Shown: one piece after another, positions 48,138-57,695 of the stretch
Layout of the letters: every line of letters starts with the position of its first letter
Numbering within the stretch: position 1 is the first letter of the stretch
NCBI GenBank assembly: GCA_963555995.3
Contig: OY821641.1
Coordinates: 1,664,001-1,728,000, forward strand
DNA length: 64,000 nt
Direction of reading: 5' to 3'
Source: Vicinamibacteria bacterium
GTDB taxonomy: Bacteria > Acidobacteriota > Vicinamibacteria > Marinacidobacterales > Marinacidobacteraceae
Translations under genes and position numbers: made by a program
The notes under the pieces: generated by a model
Told to the model about the DNA's origin: nothing
Database searches by the model: none
Seen by the model: only the letters and a program-made list of their open reading frames with translations

Positions 48138-48368
48138 TCACCACCTTTTGTCGTCATAGAGCTCTTCGCGGGTCCACGGCCCTTCCGAACGGTATCTCTG
48201 CTTCGCCCAAAGCGCTTCGAGCCGCTCGATCACCGACTCCACGTCGTCTTCTCGGGTCAATTCGCTGAGGAAGTCGCAGACAAGCTGATTCAGGCTGGTT
48301 CCCCGGTCGGACGCGATGCGGCGCGCTTCGGCGACAACCCGATCGTCGATGGACAGCGTGATTCTCAT
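48138..48368 (-). CDS. Orphan RHH antitoxin (DUF6364-like)
   Basis: MRITLSIDD..VAEAR..A...GTSLNQLV; C-terminal WTREELY. Confidence 0.8.
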   Translation of the reverse strand: MRITLSIDDRVVAEARRIASDRGTSLNQLVCDFLSELTREDDVESVIERLEALWAKQRYRSEGPWTREELYDDKRW

Positions 48369-48408
48369 GCGGACAGAGAATACGTGTGAGCAGCCGCCGC
48401 TCGGGCTC

Positions 48409-48587
48409 GGAGCGCCGGCCTCCGGCCGGCATCGCCGAGCGAAGCGAGGCGAAACGCACGCCGTCGTGGACCCGTATGGCATGAGCGTCGGAGCGCCGTT
48501 TCCGGTTGGGATCGTGCCGTGGGGGTCGGTGGCGGCGCGTGTTTCGCTCCCCTGCGGGGAGCGATGCCGGCCGGAGGCCGGCGCTCC
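48409..48587. repeat. REPIN: inverted pair of GGCC-variant REPs
   Basis: GGAGCGCCGGCCTCCGGCCGGCATCGC ... GCGATGCCGGCCGGAGGCCGGCGCTCC; the arms extend (GCGAAAC..GTTTCGC). Confidence 0.88.
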
Positions 48588-48672
48588 GAGGCGGGCCGCC
48601 GGATCCGCCTACTAACGGCAGACTCCAAGCCGGCCCCGCGAAATCCTCGCCGCGCGCCGGTCCCCGGTCCGG

Positions 48673-49602
48673 CTAGCGGGACCGGCGCAGGAAGTCGAGG
48701 AACTCGCTGTCGCTCCCGATGACCAGCGTGACCCCCTCGTCCAGCGCGGTGCGGTAGGTCTCGAGCGACTTCATGAAACGGTAGAAGTCGGCGTCCCGCT
48801 GGTAGGCGCGAGCGTAGATCGCCGAGGCCTCGGCGTCGGCCCGGCCCCGGATCTCCTCGGCCTGGCGGAACGCCTCCGATTCGATGGACTTCAGCTCGCG
48901 CTCGCGCTGTCCCCGCACCTCGGCGGCGCGTCCCTGCCCCTCGGAGCGGCTCCGTTCCGCGATCCGCTGGCGTTCCGAGATCATCCGTTCGTACACCTTC
49001 GCCCGGACTTCCTCGACGTAGTTGACCCGCTTGATGCGGACGTCCACGAGCTCGATCCCGAAGCTCGGCGTGACCTCGGACGCCTTCTCGAGGATGCTGC
49101 GGGTGATCGCGTTCCGGCCGAACTCGATCTCGCTCGGCACCTCCTCGGTCGCGAAGGAGACGAGGTCCTCGGTGATCTCGAAGTCGCGGTTGGTGATCCG
49201 CACGATCTCGATCAGGTCGTAGGTGGCCACCGAGTTCCGGGTCTCGCCGTCAATGATGTCGTCGAGGCGGCTCTGGGCGCCGCGCTCGTCGCGCACCGAC
49301 TGGAAGAACAGCAGCGGGTCCGCGATGCGCCAGCGCGCGTAGGTGTCCACCCAGATGAACTTCTTGTCGCGGGTGGTGATCTGGTTGGCGTCCCCGTCCC
49401 AAGGCAGCCAGCGCTGGTCGAAACGGGTCACCCGGTGGATGAAGGGCAGCTTGAAGTGCAGCCCCGGCTCGGTGACCGCGCCGCCCACCGGCTCGCCGAA
49501 CTGGGTGATGATGGCCTGTTCGGTCTCCCGGATGGTGTAGGTGGAGGCGAAGAGGAGGACGAGTCCGGCGAGCGTCCCCACGACCGGTAGCGCGCGCTTC
49601 AT
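48673..49602 (-). CDS. hflC: FtsH modulator HflC
   Basis: TQFGEP, PGLHFKLPFI, DVRIKR, YERMISERQRIA, FYRFMKSLETY. Confidence 0.95.
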   Translation of the reverse strand: MKRALPVVGTLAGLVLLFASTYTIRETEQAIITQFGEPVGGAVTEPGLHFKLPFIHRVTRFDQRWLPWDGDANQITTRDKKFIWVDTYARWRIADPLLFFQSVRDERGAQSRLDDIIDGETRNSVATYDLIEIVRITNRDFEITEDLVSFATEEVPSEIEFGRNAITRSILEKASEVTPSFGIELVDVRIKRVNYVEEVRAKVYERMISERQRIAERSRSEGQGRAAEVRGQRERELKSIESEAFRQAEEIRGRADAEASAIYARAYQRDADFYRFMKSLETYRTALDEGVTLVIGSDSEFLDFLRRSR

Positions 49603-50690
49603 CGGGGGTCCTCCCTTTCCGGCTGCCCGCCCGGGCCCGGCCCACCCGGACTGGGCGGTTGGCGCCGTTCGCCGTTCAGGTTCAGGAGCGGCAGGATGTT
49701 GGCGCCGCTCTCGTCGAGGATGACCTTCTGGCCGAGCTTCGGCATGACCTCGGACAGGGTTTCCAGATACATGCGGGCCCGCGTCACCCGGGGCGCGTTC
49801 CGGTACTCGGCATACACGGACTCGAACCGCGACGCCTCGCCGCGGGCGCGGTTCACCCGCTCGGCCGCATAGCCCTCGGCCTCCTGGATGAGGCGCTCGG
49901 CATCGCCGCGGGCGCGGGGGATCGCCTGGTTGTATTCGGCGAGCGCCTCGTTCGTGAGCCGCTCCTTCTCCTGGATGGCCTCGTTCACCTCGTTGAAGGA
50001 CGGCTTGACCGAGTCCGGCGGGTTCACGTCCTGGAGGACGAGCTGCTGGACGCTGATCCCGGTCTCGTAGCGGTCGTTCATCTCCTGGAGGAGATCCTTG
50101 GCCTGCGCCGCGATCTGCTCGCGGCCGACGGTGAGGACCTCGTCCACGCTGTGGTCGCCGACGACGTCCCGCATGGCGGCCTCGCTCATGTCCCGGAACG
50201 TCGAGCGGATCTCGCGCACGTTGAAGAGATAGGCCCGCGGGTCCTGCACCTTGTACTGCACGATCCACTCGACCACCGCGACGTTCAGGTCGCCGGTGAG
50301 CATGAGCGACTCCTCGAGGAACTGGCGCTCGTCATACGCGGTGCGCACGCCGGCCTCGACCGTCCGGAACCCGAACTCTTCCTTGAGCTGGCGTTCCACC
50401 GGCACCTTGGTCACCGCTTCGAGGAACGGCACGATGAAGTGGAGCCCCGGATCCGTCACGCGGGAGTAGCGGCCGAACCGGGTCACGACCCCGGCCTCGT
50501 CCGGCTGGACCTGATAGACGGAGGTGAAGAAGAGGGCCACCGCCGCGATCCCGATCCCGATCCGGATGGCCGTCCGCCGGGCGTTCCCGCCGAAACGCCG
50601 CAGCAGCCCCTCCAGATCCGGCATCGCCGGGCCGTCTCCGCCGAGCCCCGTCCAGGGGCCGTTGCCCCCGGAACTGTCGTAAAGCGCCAT
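49599..50690 (-). CDS. hflK: FtsH modulator HflK
   Basis: GVVTRFG, MLTGDLN, QDVNPP, IPRARG, RMYLETL. Confidence 0.95.
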   Translation of the reverse strand: MALYDSSGGNGPWTGLGGDGPAMPDLEGLLRRFGGNARRTAIRIGIGIAAVALFFTSVYQVQPDEAGVVTRFGRYSRVTDPGLHFIVPFLEAVTKVPVERQLKEEFGFRTVEAGVRTAYDERQFLEESLMLTGDLNVAVVEWIVQYKVQDPRAYLFNVREIRSTFRDMSEAAMRDVVGDHSVDEVLTVGREQIAAQAKDLLQEMNDRYETGISVQQLVLQDVNPPDSVKPSFNEVNEAIQEKERLTNEALAEYNQAIPRARGDAERLIQEAEGYAAERVNRARGEASRFESVYAEYRNAPRVTRARMYLETLSEVMPKLGQKVILDESGANILPLLNLNGERRQPPSPGGPGPGGQPEREDPR

Positions 50691-50761
50691 TCGCTCTCGC
50701 CTCCTGCCTCGCAGCCTGTGGAGAGGATCGTAGCGCGCGCCCGGCCGCTACCATGCGCCGG

Positions 50762-51262
50762 ATGCGGAGCCACGCGATCTCTCTCGGCCTTCTCGTCCTC
50801 CTTGCCGGCGCCTGCGGAACGCCGTCCGGCTCCGGCGGGTCCGGCAGCGCGGCGCCGGAGGAGCGTCAGGCGGTGACACCGGAGGAGGCGGCGCGCATCG
50901 AGGCGGACATCCGCGCGCTCCTGGAGGAGCAGTCGGGCGCCTGGAACGAGGGGGATCTCGTCCGGTTCGTCGCCGACTACCTCGACTCCCCCGGGATGCG
51001 GTTCGTCTCGGGAGGGAGCGTCCGCTACGGCGCGGGCGACGTGCTCGACCGCTACCGCCGGACCTACCCGGACCGGGCGGCGATGGGGGTGCTGACCTTC
51101 ACCGACCTCGACGTGCGGGTGCTGTCCGACGAGTACGTGTTCGTCTTCGGGCGCTACAACCTCGAACGCGAAAGCGACGCCCCCACCGGTCTCTTCACGC
51201 TGCTCTTCGAGCGCACCGGGGACGGCTGGAAGATCTCCCACGACCACACGTCGTCGGGCTGA
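50762..51262 (+). CDS. SnoaL-like/DUF4440 (NTF2-fold) lipoprotein
   Basis: Lipobox AGAC; AWNEGDL..F; GLFTLLF...GWKISHDHTS; start could be 50753. Confidence 0.85.
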   Translation: MRSHAISLGLLVLLAGACGTPSGSGGSGSAAPEERQAVTPEEAARIEADIRALLEEQSGAWNEGDLVRFVADYLDSPGMRFVSGGSVRYGAGDVLDRYRRTYPDRAAMGVLTFTDLDVRVLSDEYVFVFGRYNLERESDAPTGLFTLLFERTGDGWKISHDHTSSG

Positions 51263-51346
51263 GGGGGGCGGGACGCACGACCTCGTCGAGGTTGTGGTCC
51301 ATAAGGGTGAATGGCGTTACGACGTGCGCAGCGCGGAGCGCCGCGC

Positions 51347-51371
51347 GTGCCGGTCTGGAGACCGGCGTTCC
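51347..51371 (-). repeat. REP palindrome
   Basis: GTGCCGGTCTGGAGACCGGCGTTCC, inverse of 39734. Confidence 0.85.
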
Positions 51372-51388
51372 AAACCGGAGGCGCTACC

Positions 51389-54300
51389 TTACGTGGGGCG
51401 GCGGCTCAGGGCGCGGAAGTATTCCTCGACCATGTCGCGGTAGGCGTCGGGGGGGCGGTCGTCGGAGCCGGTGAGGACGTCGGCGCCGGAGCCGCCGGCG
51501 AGGGCGCGGCGCAGCTCGAATTCGAGCTGGCGCAGGGTGTCGAGCACTTCGGCCTCGAGGATCTCCATGCCGCGCGGGTCGCCGGTGAGGCGCTCGGGGT
51601 TCAGGCCCCGGAGGGCGTCCACCACCTGCCCCAGGCGGTCGGTCCCGCGGTCGCCGCTCGCGCCGATGCCGGTGAGCTCGCGGCGGAGCGCCTCGGCGTC
51701 CTGGACCCGCCGGTCGAGTTCGCGCTGGAGCTGACGGGCTTCCCGCCCCTCGGCGGCGCCACCGCCGCTTCCCCGCCCCTCAGCGGACTCCTCTCCGGCG
51801 GAGCCCTGCGACTCGGCATCGGAGGGGGACTCCGACTGCTCCGCGCGGTCGGCGAGACGGTTCCGCAGGCCTTCGAGCCCCCGGACCAGGCTCGCCGCCC
51901 GGTCGAGGACATCGTCGCGGCCGGCGCGGTCCGAACCCTCCACCACTTCCCGGGCCGCGGTCAGGTCCTCCTCCAGCGCTTCGAGATCGTTCGCGATCAT
52001 CCCCTCGAACTGGTCGGCGTATTCCGGTGAGCGCTGCGCCGCGACGCCCCGGGAGTAGTGGATCTTCTCCTTCAGCTTCCGGTCGCGGATCCCGTCGGCG
52101 GCCTCGCCGACCGCGCCGGCGGCCTCGGGTTCGTCCCGGCTCCATTCGCGGCTGACCTCGTCGAGCTGCTGCTCGAGCCGCTGGACCCGCTCGGCGAGGT
52201 CCTGCTTCGCTCCCGAAACGCTGGAGATCGCCTCGCGGGTGCGCTCCTCTTCGAGGTCCCCGACGGCCGAGCGGATCCGGTCCTGCGCGGCCCGGAGGCG
52301 CTTCGTCTCGTCGAGCGCGTTCTGGACGTCGCGCCCGAGGCGTTCCCGCCGCTGCCCATCGAGATCGCGGCGCGCGTTCCGCAGCTCGTTCGCGGCCGAC
52401 AGGCCGCTTTCGAGCCCCTCGGAACTGTTGCTGGCCGACCGCATGTCCTGGGCCGCGTCACGGAGTCTCCTGGAGACCGCCGCGAGGTCCGGGCGCGACC
52501 GCTCGCGGGCCAGGCGTTCGAGCCGCCGGGCCACGTCCTCGGTCTCCGCGGCGAGCTGGTTCTGGGGCGAACCGGCGCCGCCCCCGGACTGGCGCACGCC
52601 GCGGCGGATCCGTTCGTTCTCCTGCTCCTGGCGGCGGGCGAGTTCGGCGAGCCGCTGGAGGAGCTCGTCCACCTCGTTGTCGGCGGAGGAGCGGCGCTGC
52701 GCTTCCACCGTCTCGTACTGGTTGCGGAGCTTGTCCATCTCGAGTTCGAAGAGACTCGCGAGGTCCTCCGCCTGGGCCCGCGGACCACCGCCGCCTCCTC
52801 CGCCGCCGCCCTGGCCGAACGCGACCTGGGCGTCACGGAAGACCGCATCGGCGCGTTGCAGGTGGGTCAGCGCCTTCTGCTCGCGTGGCAGGGCGTCGTC
52901 CGGATTCCCGGCCACGAGCAGCTCCTCGGCGACGGTCATCTCCACGAGCCCGGCATCGAGATGCTCCACGATCTCGGAGAACTCCGGGGTCGCTCCGATC
53001 CCGCGGTTCCGGAGACGGCGGTTCAGGGTCGCGACCTGCTCGCGGAGCCGCCCCTGGGCGAGACCGATGGTGGCGACGGTCTCGGTGACCGCGCTCGCCG
53101 GCATCCCGTCCCGGTCCCGGAGGACCTTGAAGGTCGCGACGACGATCTGTTTCTGGCGGAGGCTGAGGGTGCCGTCGAGTCCGTCGCCGCCTCCGGCCCC
53201 CCCGCCCGGCATGGTGTCGCCCTGCCGGTAGGTCCGGTCGAAGGGCCGCACCGCAATGAAGAAGATGTCGGTCGCGGCCTCGGCCCCCGCCCCGTCCCGC
53301 GCCACCGCGTAGTAGGAGACGAGATCGCCCGGCACCAGGTCGTGTTCCTCGAGGAACAGGGTGTGCCCGGACTGGATCTCGTCCCGGGCCCCTCCCGAGG
53401 CCAGGACCTCGCGGGTCTCCTCGCCGCCGTTGACGGAGACCCGCATCTCGACCCGCCGGACCGCGTAGTCGTCCTCGGCGAGGACTTCGGTGAACACCTC
53501 CTCCACCGGGTTGGCCTGCGTGTCCCGGCCGGGGCGCACGAACCGGACGATGGGAGGCAGATCGTCGAGCACCTCGATCAGGTAGTCGCGGGAGGCCGTG
53601 CGCAGGTTCCCGTCCGGGCCGGCGAGCGCCACCCGGTAGGAACCGCTCTCCGCGAGCCGGAGGGTGGCGGTCATCACCTCGGCCCCCGCCCCGGTGGGCG
53701 AGTCCCCGGGCGCCTCCGGGGCCTCGAGGGGGATCTCGACCGGTCCCGGCTCGAGGCGCACCACGCCGGTGGCCGCCGGCACCGTGGGGATCACCGTGAG
53801 CTCCACGACCGTGCCGGCCACCGCGGCGATGTCTCCCCCGTCCTCGACCTCGCGGGGGCCGAGTCCGGTGTGCTCCGGATAGCGGTACACGAGACCGATC
53901 CGCGCCACGTAGGGGACGTCCTCGACCTCGATCCGGAAGGTCGGAGAGAGCACCCCGTCCGCGTCCACGTAGTAGTCGGTCGCTTCCGGAATCCCGAGCA
54001 GCAGGTGCCGGAAGGCCCCGTCCTCGGGGTCGGGCAGCATCGGGACCGTCTCCCAGAGCGCGCTCCCCTCGACCCGGGTGCGGAGGTCCACCCGTTCCGC
54101 CGTGAACCCCTCCAGCCGGGCCGCGATCCAGCGGTCCGAGTCGCGCGCCACGGCGGCGTCGCCCGGGTCCACCAGCACCCGGTAGGGATTCGCGTCGCCG
54201 ATGTCCCCCCAGGGCGAGAGGAGGAGGGCGGCGCCGCGCAGCAGCGCGGGAGGGGCGAGCAGCGAGGCCACGAGGGCCACGCCCCCGACGGTGGCGAGCG

Positions 54301-54802
54301 CCCCCCCGGCCCGGCGGAGCGCCGGACTCTCGACCAGCCGGCCCTCGTTCAGCGTCTCGAGGCGGTGGATGGCCTCCTCCACCACCAGCCGCGTGAGGTC
54401 GGGCGAAATCCCGCTGCCGCCGGCGTCCTCCCGCGCGTCGAGGTGGCCCAGTTCGACGCCGCTGCTGACCGTCTCCCGCAGGCTGGGGTCGTGCTCCTCG
54501 ACATAGCGCGCCACCTGCTCGTCGGTGACCCGCGAGCGGAGGGGCCGGACGACGAAGCGCCAGACCGCCGCGCCGAAGGTGAGCCACGCCGCCGCCTGCA
54601 GGGCGCGGACGACCCACGGCGCGTAGCGCAGCGCGTCCATCGCCGCCGACGACACCCCGACGACCAGCACCGCGGCCGCTCCGACCACGGTGAAGCCGAG
54701 AATGAGACGCCGGGTGCGCCAGCGGTTCCGCACCCGGCGGATGACGCGCAGCAGGTCGTCGTAGGAGGACCGCGGTGCCGAATGCAACCCGAGTGTCGTC
54801 AT
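51389..54802 (-). CDS. Large membrane-anchored Ig-like/coiled-coil protein (DUF4175-like) of the MoxR operon
   Basis: N-terminal TMs; YPEHTG, EDDYAV, PGDLVSYYA; long coiled coils; YRDMVEEYFRAL end. Confidence 0.7.
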   Translation of the reverse strand: MTTLGLHSAPRSSYDDLLRVIRRVRNRWRTRRLILGFTVVGAAAVLVVGVSSAAMDALRYAPWVVRALQAAAWLTFGAAVWRFVVRPLRSRVTDEQVARYVEEHDPSLRETVSSGVELGHLDAREDAGGSGISPDLTRLVVEEAIHRLETLNEGRLVESPALRRAGGALATVGGVALVASLLAPPALLRGAALLLSPWGDIGDANPYRVLVDPGDAAVARDSDRWIAARLEGFTAERVDLRTRVEGSALWETVPMLPDPEDGAFRHLLLGIPEATDYYVDADGVLSPTFRIEVEDVPYVARIGLVYRYPEHTGLGPREVEDGGDIAAVAGTVVELTVIPTVPAATGVVRLEPGPVEIPLEAPEAPGDSPTGAGAEVMTATLRLAESGSYRVALAGPDGNLRTASRDYLIEVLDDLPPIVRFVRPGRDTQANPVEEVFTEVLAEDDYAVRRVEMRVSVNGGEETREVLASGGARDEIQSGHTLFLEEHDLVPGDLVSYYAVARDGAGAEAATDIFFIAVRPFDRTYRQGDTMPGGGAGGGDGLDGTLSLRQKQIVVATFKVLRDRDGMPASAVTETVATIGLAQGRLREQVATLNRRLRNRGIGATPEFSEIVEHLDAGLVEMTVAEELLVAGNPDDALPREQKALTHLQRADAVFRDAQVAFGQGGGGGGGGGPRAQAEDLASLFELEMDKLRNQYETVEAQRRSSADNEVDELLQRLAELARRQEQENERIRRGVRQSGGGAGSPQNQLAAETEDVARRLERLARERSRPDLAAVSRRLRDAAQDMRSASNSSEGLESGLSAANELRNARRDLDGQRRERLGRDVQNALDETKRLRAAQDRIRSAVGDLEEERTREAISSVSGAKQDLAERVQRLEQQLDEVSREWSRDEPEAAGAVGEAADGIRDRKLKEKIHYSRGVAAQRSPEYADQFEGMIANDLEALEEDLTAAREVVEGSDRAGRDDVLDRAASLVRGLEGLRNRLADRAEQSESPSDAESQGSAGEESAEGRGSGGGAAEGREARQLQRELDRRVQDAEALRRELTGIGASGDRGTDRLGQVVDALRGLNPERLTGDPRGMEILEAEVLDTLRQLEFELRRALAGGSGADVLTGSDDRPPDAYRDMVEEYFRALSRRPT

Positions 54803-54872
54803 GGGCGGGGGGTTGCCGGAGTATAGGCACCGCCGCCCGGGGCCGCCGCGCCGAGGCGCATCCCGGCGGGAG

Positions 54873-56921
54873 TCATCCCGGCAGGCTGCCCGGGGCGGCG
54901 CTCCGGTTCGCCGCCCAGGCTTCGCTCACGAGGAGCAGCCCGAAACCGGCGAGCAACAGCCAGCCCACGGCCCGCCCCGGGACGTCCGGGGCGACGGGGT
55001 TCGCGGCGGCCGGCGCTTCCCCTTCGGGGGACGCCGCCGCCGCCATCCGGACTTCCGCGGCGTCGAGGGCGCGGAGGTCCGATTCGGCGAGGGGAGGATT
55101 CACCCCGATCCGGCGGAACTCCGCCGCGCCGGGCCGCCGGGCGCGGTAGAAGCCGGGTTCCGCCAGCCGCAGCGCGTCCCTGCCGCCGAGCACGGTGCGT
55201 TCGCCCGAGGGCGCGTCGGCCAGGACCTCCTCCGCTTCCCCGGAGGGCCCCGGGGACAGCCGGAACGCCGCGCCGGGGTCCACGCTCTCCCCGACCCGGT
55301 AGGCGATCGGAATCCGCTCGTGGCCGGCGGCGACCTCCACCATCCGGTGCAGCAGCGGCACGAAGGCCGCGCGCCGGGGAAGGTCGGTCCACTCCGCGTC
55401 CAGCGAGGAAGCGAACAGCAGCGTCCTGCCGTCGCCCCAGGCCGCCTCCACGATGGCCGGCTTGCCGTCGTCGAAGCGCGCCAGGACCGCGGCGTCGGGC
55501 CGGACCCCGGCGAGGTCCCGGTAGCGGAAGAACGCGAGCGCGCCGAGCACCGCGGAGCCCTCGCCCCCGAAGGGCTCGAAGATCGGATGCCGGGCGGCCA
55601 GGTCTCCGAGGCGTCCCGCCGGATCGCGGTCCACGAACCCTCCCGGCGCCGCCGGGACGAACGCCCCGAGTTCGTCGCTCGCCGCCCGCGACAGGCGGCG
55701 CGGCCCCGCGGCCATCACGAGGCCTCCGCCCCCCTCGACGAAGTCCCCGAGCGCCCGCACGGCGCCGGCGTCGAGGCGGCCCGGGTCCCGGACCAGCGCC
55801 ACCCGGACGGCTTCGAGCGCGCCGCGCACCGCGCCTTCGCCCCGGGCCGGGCCGCGGTCCAGCACGAATCCGGGCGCGACGCCCACCCCGAGCGCCTCGC
55901 TGACATAGACCGAGGGCGGACCGCCTCCGAGGTCGGCGACCCGGATCGCCGCCTCCGGGTGGATCACCAAGTGAAAGCGGTCGTCTCCGGCGAAGCCGTC
56001 GCCGGGAAGCCGCACCTCGGCGGCCAGCGGCTCGCTCGGCCGCAGGACCGGGGCGAACCGCACGGTGGTCATCCGGTCGGCGGCGGCGGTCAGGTCCTTC
56101 CTTTCCACCGCGCGCCCCGAGAGCCGGAGCTCGATCTCCCCGCTCCAATCGGGGTTCGCCGGGGACGGCGCGAAGCCCACTTCCGCGGTCACCACGAGCT
56201 GCTCCCGGCCCTCGGACACCACCGTCACGTCCGCGATCCAGGCGTTGGCCGGCGGTCTCGCGCCCACCGCCCGCACCCGGAGCTCGACGCCGGGCGGCAG
56301 GCTGGGTTGCGGCCGGCCGTCCTCGAAACCGCTCCGCTGGAGGTCCGAGATCAGCACCACCTCGCGCCGCCGGCCCGGGGCGGCGGGCAGCAGGCGGCCG
56401 GCGAGCCCGAGCGCGGGGGCGAAGCTCGTGCCGCCGCCCCCCGCCGCCAGACCCGCCACCGCCGGGGTCAGGGTCCCCCGGTCCCCGGTCAGCTCGGTCA
56501 GCGCCGCCGCCCGCCCGTCGAAGGCGACCACGATGGCCCGGTCGTCCCGGCCGAGTCCGCCCAGCTCCTCCTGCGCCGCCTCGCGGGCCGCCGCCATGCG
56601 GTCCCCCACCGTCATGCTCAGCGAGCGGTCCACGAGCACCGCCCGGTCGAGCGCCGTTCCTTCCCCACCCGCGAGCGCTCCGCCGCGCAGCACCGGCTCG
56701 GCGAAGGCGGCGGCCAGCAGCAGCAGCGCGAGGCAGCGCAGGATCAGCAGCGGGATGTTCCGGAAGCGGCGGCGCTTGAAGCGCGCCGTCGCGCTCGTCA
56801 ACTGGAGCAGCAGGAAGGAGGGGAACGCGACCGGCTCGCGCCGCCGCCGGGTGAGGTGCAGGACGATGGGCAGGGCCACGAGGAGGCCGCCGAGCAGGAA
56901 CAGCGGCGCCAGGAAACTCAT
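54873..56921 (-). CDS. BatA N-terminal + VWA domain membrane protein
   Basis: FLAPLFL...PIVLHL, FAEP; MIDAS DRSLSM; LISDLQ; C-terminal ESDL and TM. Confidence 0.85.
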   Translation of the reverse strand: MSFLAPLFLLGGLLVALPIVLHLTRRRREPVAFPSFLLLQLTSATARFKRRRFRNIPLLILRCLALLLLAAAFAEPVLRGGALAGGEGTALDRAVLVDRSLSMTVGDRMAAAREAAQEELGGLGRDDRAIVVAFDGRAAALTELTGDRGTLTPAVAGLAAGGGGTSFAPALGLAGRLLPAAPGRRREVVLISDLQRSGFEDGRPQPSLPPGVELRVRAVGARPPANAWIADVTVVSEGREQLVVTAEVGFAPSPANPDWSGEIELRLSGRAVERKDLTAAADRMTTVRFAPVLRPSEPLAAEVRLPGDGFAGDDRFHLVIHPEAAIRVADLGGGPPSVYVSEALGVGVAPGFVLDRGPARGEGAVRGALEAVRVALVRDPGRLDAGAVRALGDFVEGGGGLVMAAGPRRLSRAASDELGAFVPAAPGGFVDRDPAGRLGDLAARHPIFEPFGGEGSAVLGALAFFRYRDLAGVRPDAAVLARFDDGKPAIVEAAWGDGRTLLFASSLDAEWTDLPRRAAFVPLLHRMVEVAAGHERIPIAYRVGESVDPGAAFRLSPGPSGEAEEVLADAPSGERTVLGGRDALRLAEPGFYRARRPGAAEFRRIGVNPPLAESDLRALDAAEVRMAAAASPEGEAPAAANPVAPDVPGRAVGWLLLAGFGLLLVSEAWAANRSAAPGSLPG

Positions 56922-56938
56922 GCTGGTTGGAGACGGCT

Positions 56939-57650
56939 GGGAGCGCCGGTCTTCAGACCGGCACAGCGGGCCGAAGGCCCGCGGATGTCGGGTCGCAGTT
57001 CGCGCTGATGAACCGAAAGCAGAACGCCACCGCGCAGGACGGCGTCCTGCCGTGCGCTGCGCGGTGGCGCAGCGCGTGCCGGTCTGAAGACCGGCGCTCC
57101 CCGCCGGCGGCGCAACGTGAGCTCGTTGACGTTTCGCCCGAACCGCATTTCACAGCACCCCCCCTGATCGGTCCTCCCGCACGCCCCGCTGGGAGCGCCG
57201 GTCTTCAGACCGGCACAGCCGGCCGAAGGCCCGCGGATGTCGGGTCGCAGTTCCCGCTGATGAACCGAAAGCAGAACGCCACCGCGCAGGCCTGCCGTGC
57301 GCTGCGCGGTGGCGCAGCGCGTGCCGGTCTGAAGACCGGCGCTCCCCGCCGGCGGCGCAACGTGCGCTCGTTGACCTTTCGCCCGAACCGCATTTCACAG
57401 CACCCCCCCTGATCGGTCCTCCCGCACGCCCCGCTGGGAGCGCCGGTCTTCAGACCGGCACAGCCGGCCGAAGGCCCGCGGATGTCGGGTCGCAGTTCCC
57501 GCTGATGAACCGAAAGCAGAACGCCACCGCGCAGGTCAGCGTCCTGCCGTGCGCTGCGCGGTGGCGCAGCGCGTGCCGGTCTGAAGACCGGCGCTCCCCG
57601 CCGGCGGCGCAACGTGCGCTCGTTGACGTTTCGCCGAAACCGCATTCTCA
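56939..57650. repeat. Tandem array of three REPIN units (period ~245-252 bp)
   Basis: REPINs at 56939-57101, 57191-57346 and 57436-57598 joined by near-identical ~89-bp linkers. Confidence 0.95.
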
Positions 57651-57695
57651 CGGAGACCGGCCGGAGGTCGGCGCGCGGGAGCGGGGCGAGGAAGT

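Noticed and set aside
39734-51371. Inverted GGAACGCC-type REP pair as the ends of a composite element
   Set aside because: It would enclose backbone genes such as hflKC, and a third variant copy exists at 3670; likely coincidental
56939-57650. Tandem palindromic repeats as a CRISPR array
   Set aside because: The intervening sequences are near-identical rather than unique spacers, repeats alternate in orientation, and there are no cas genes
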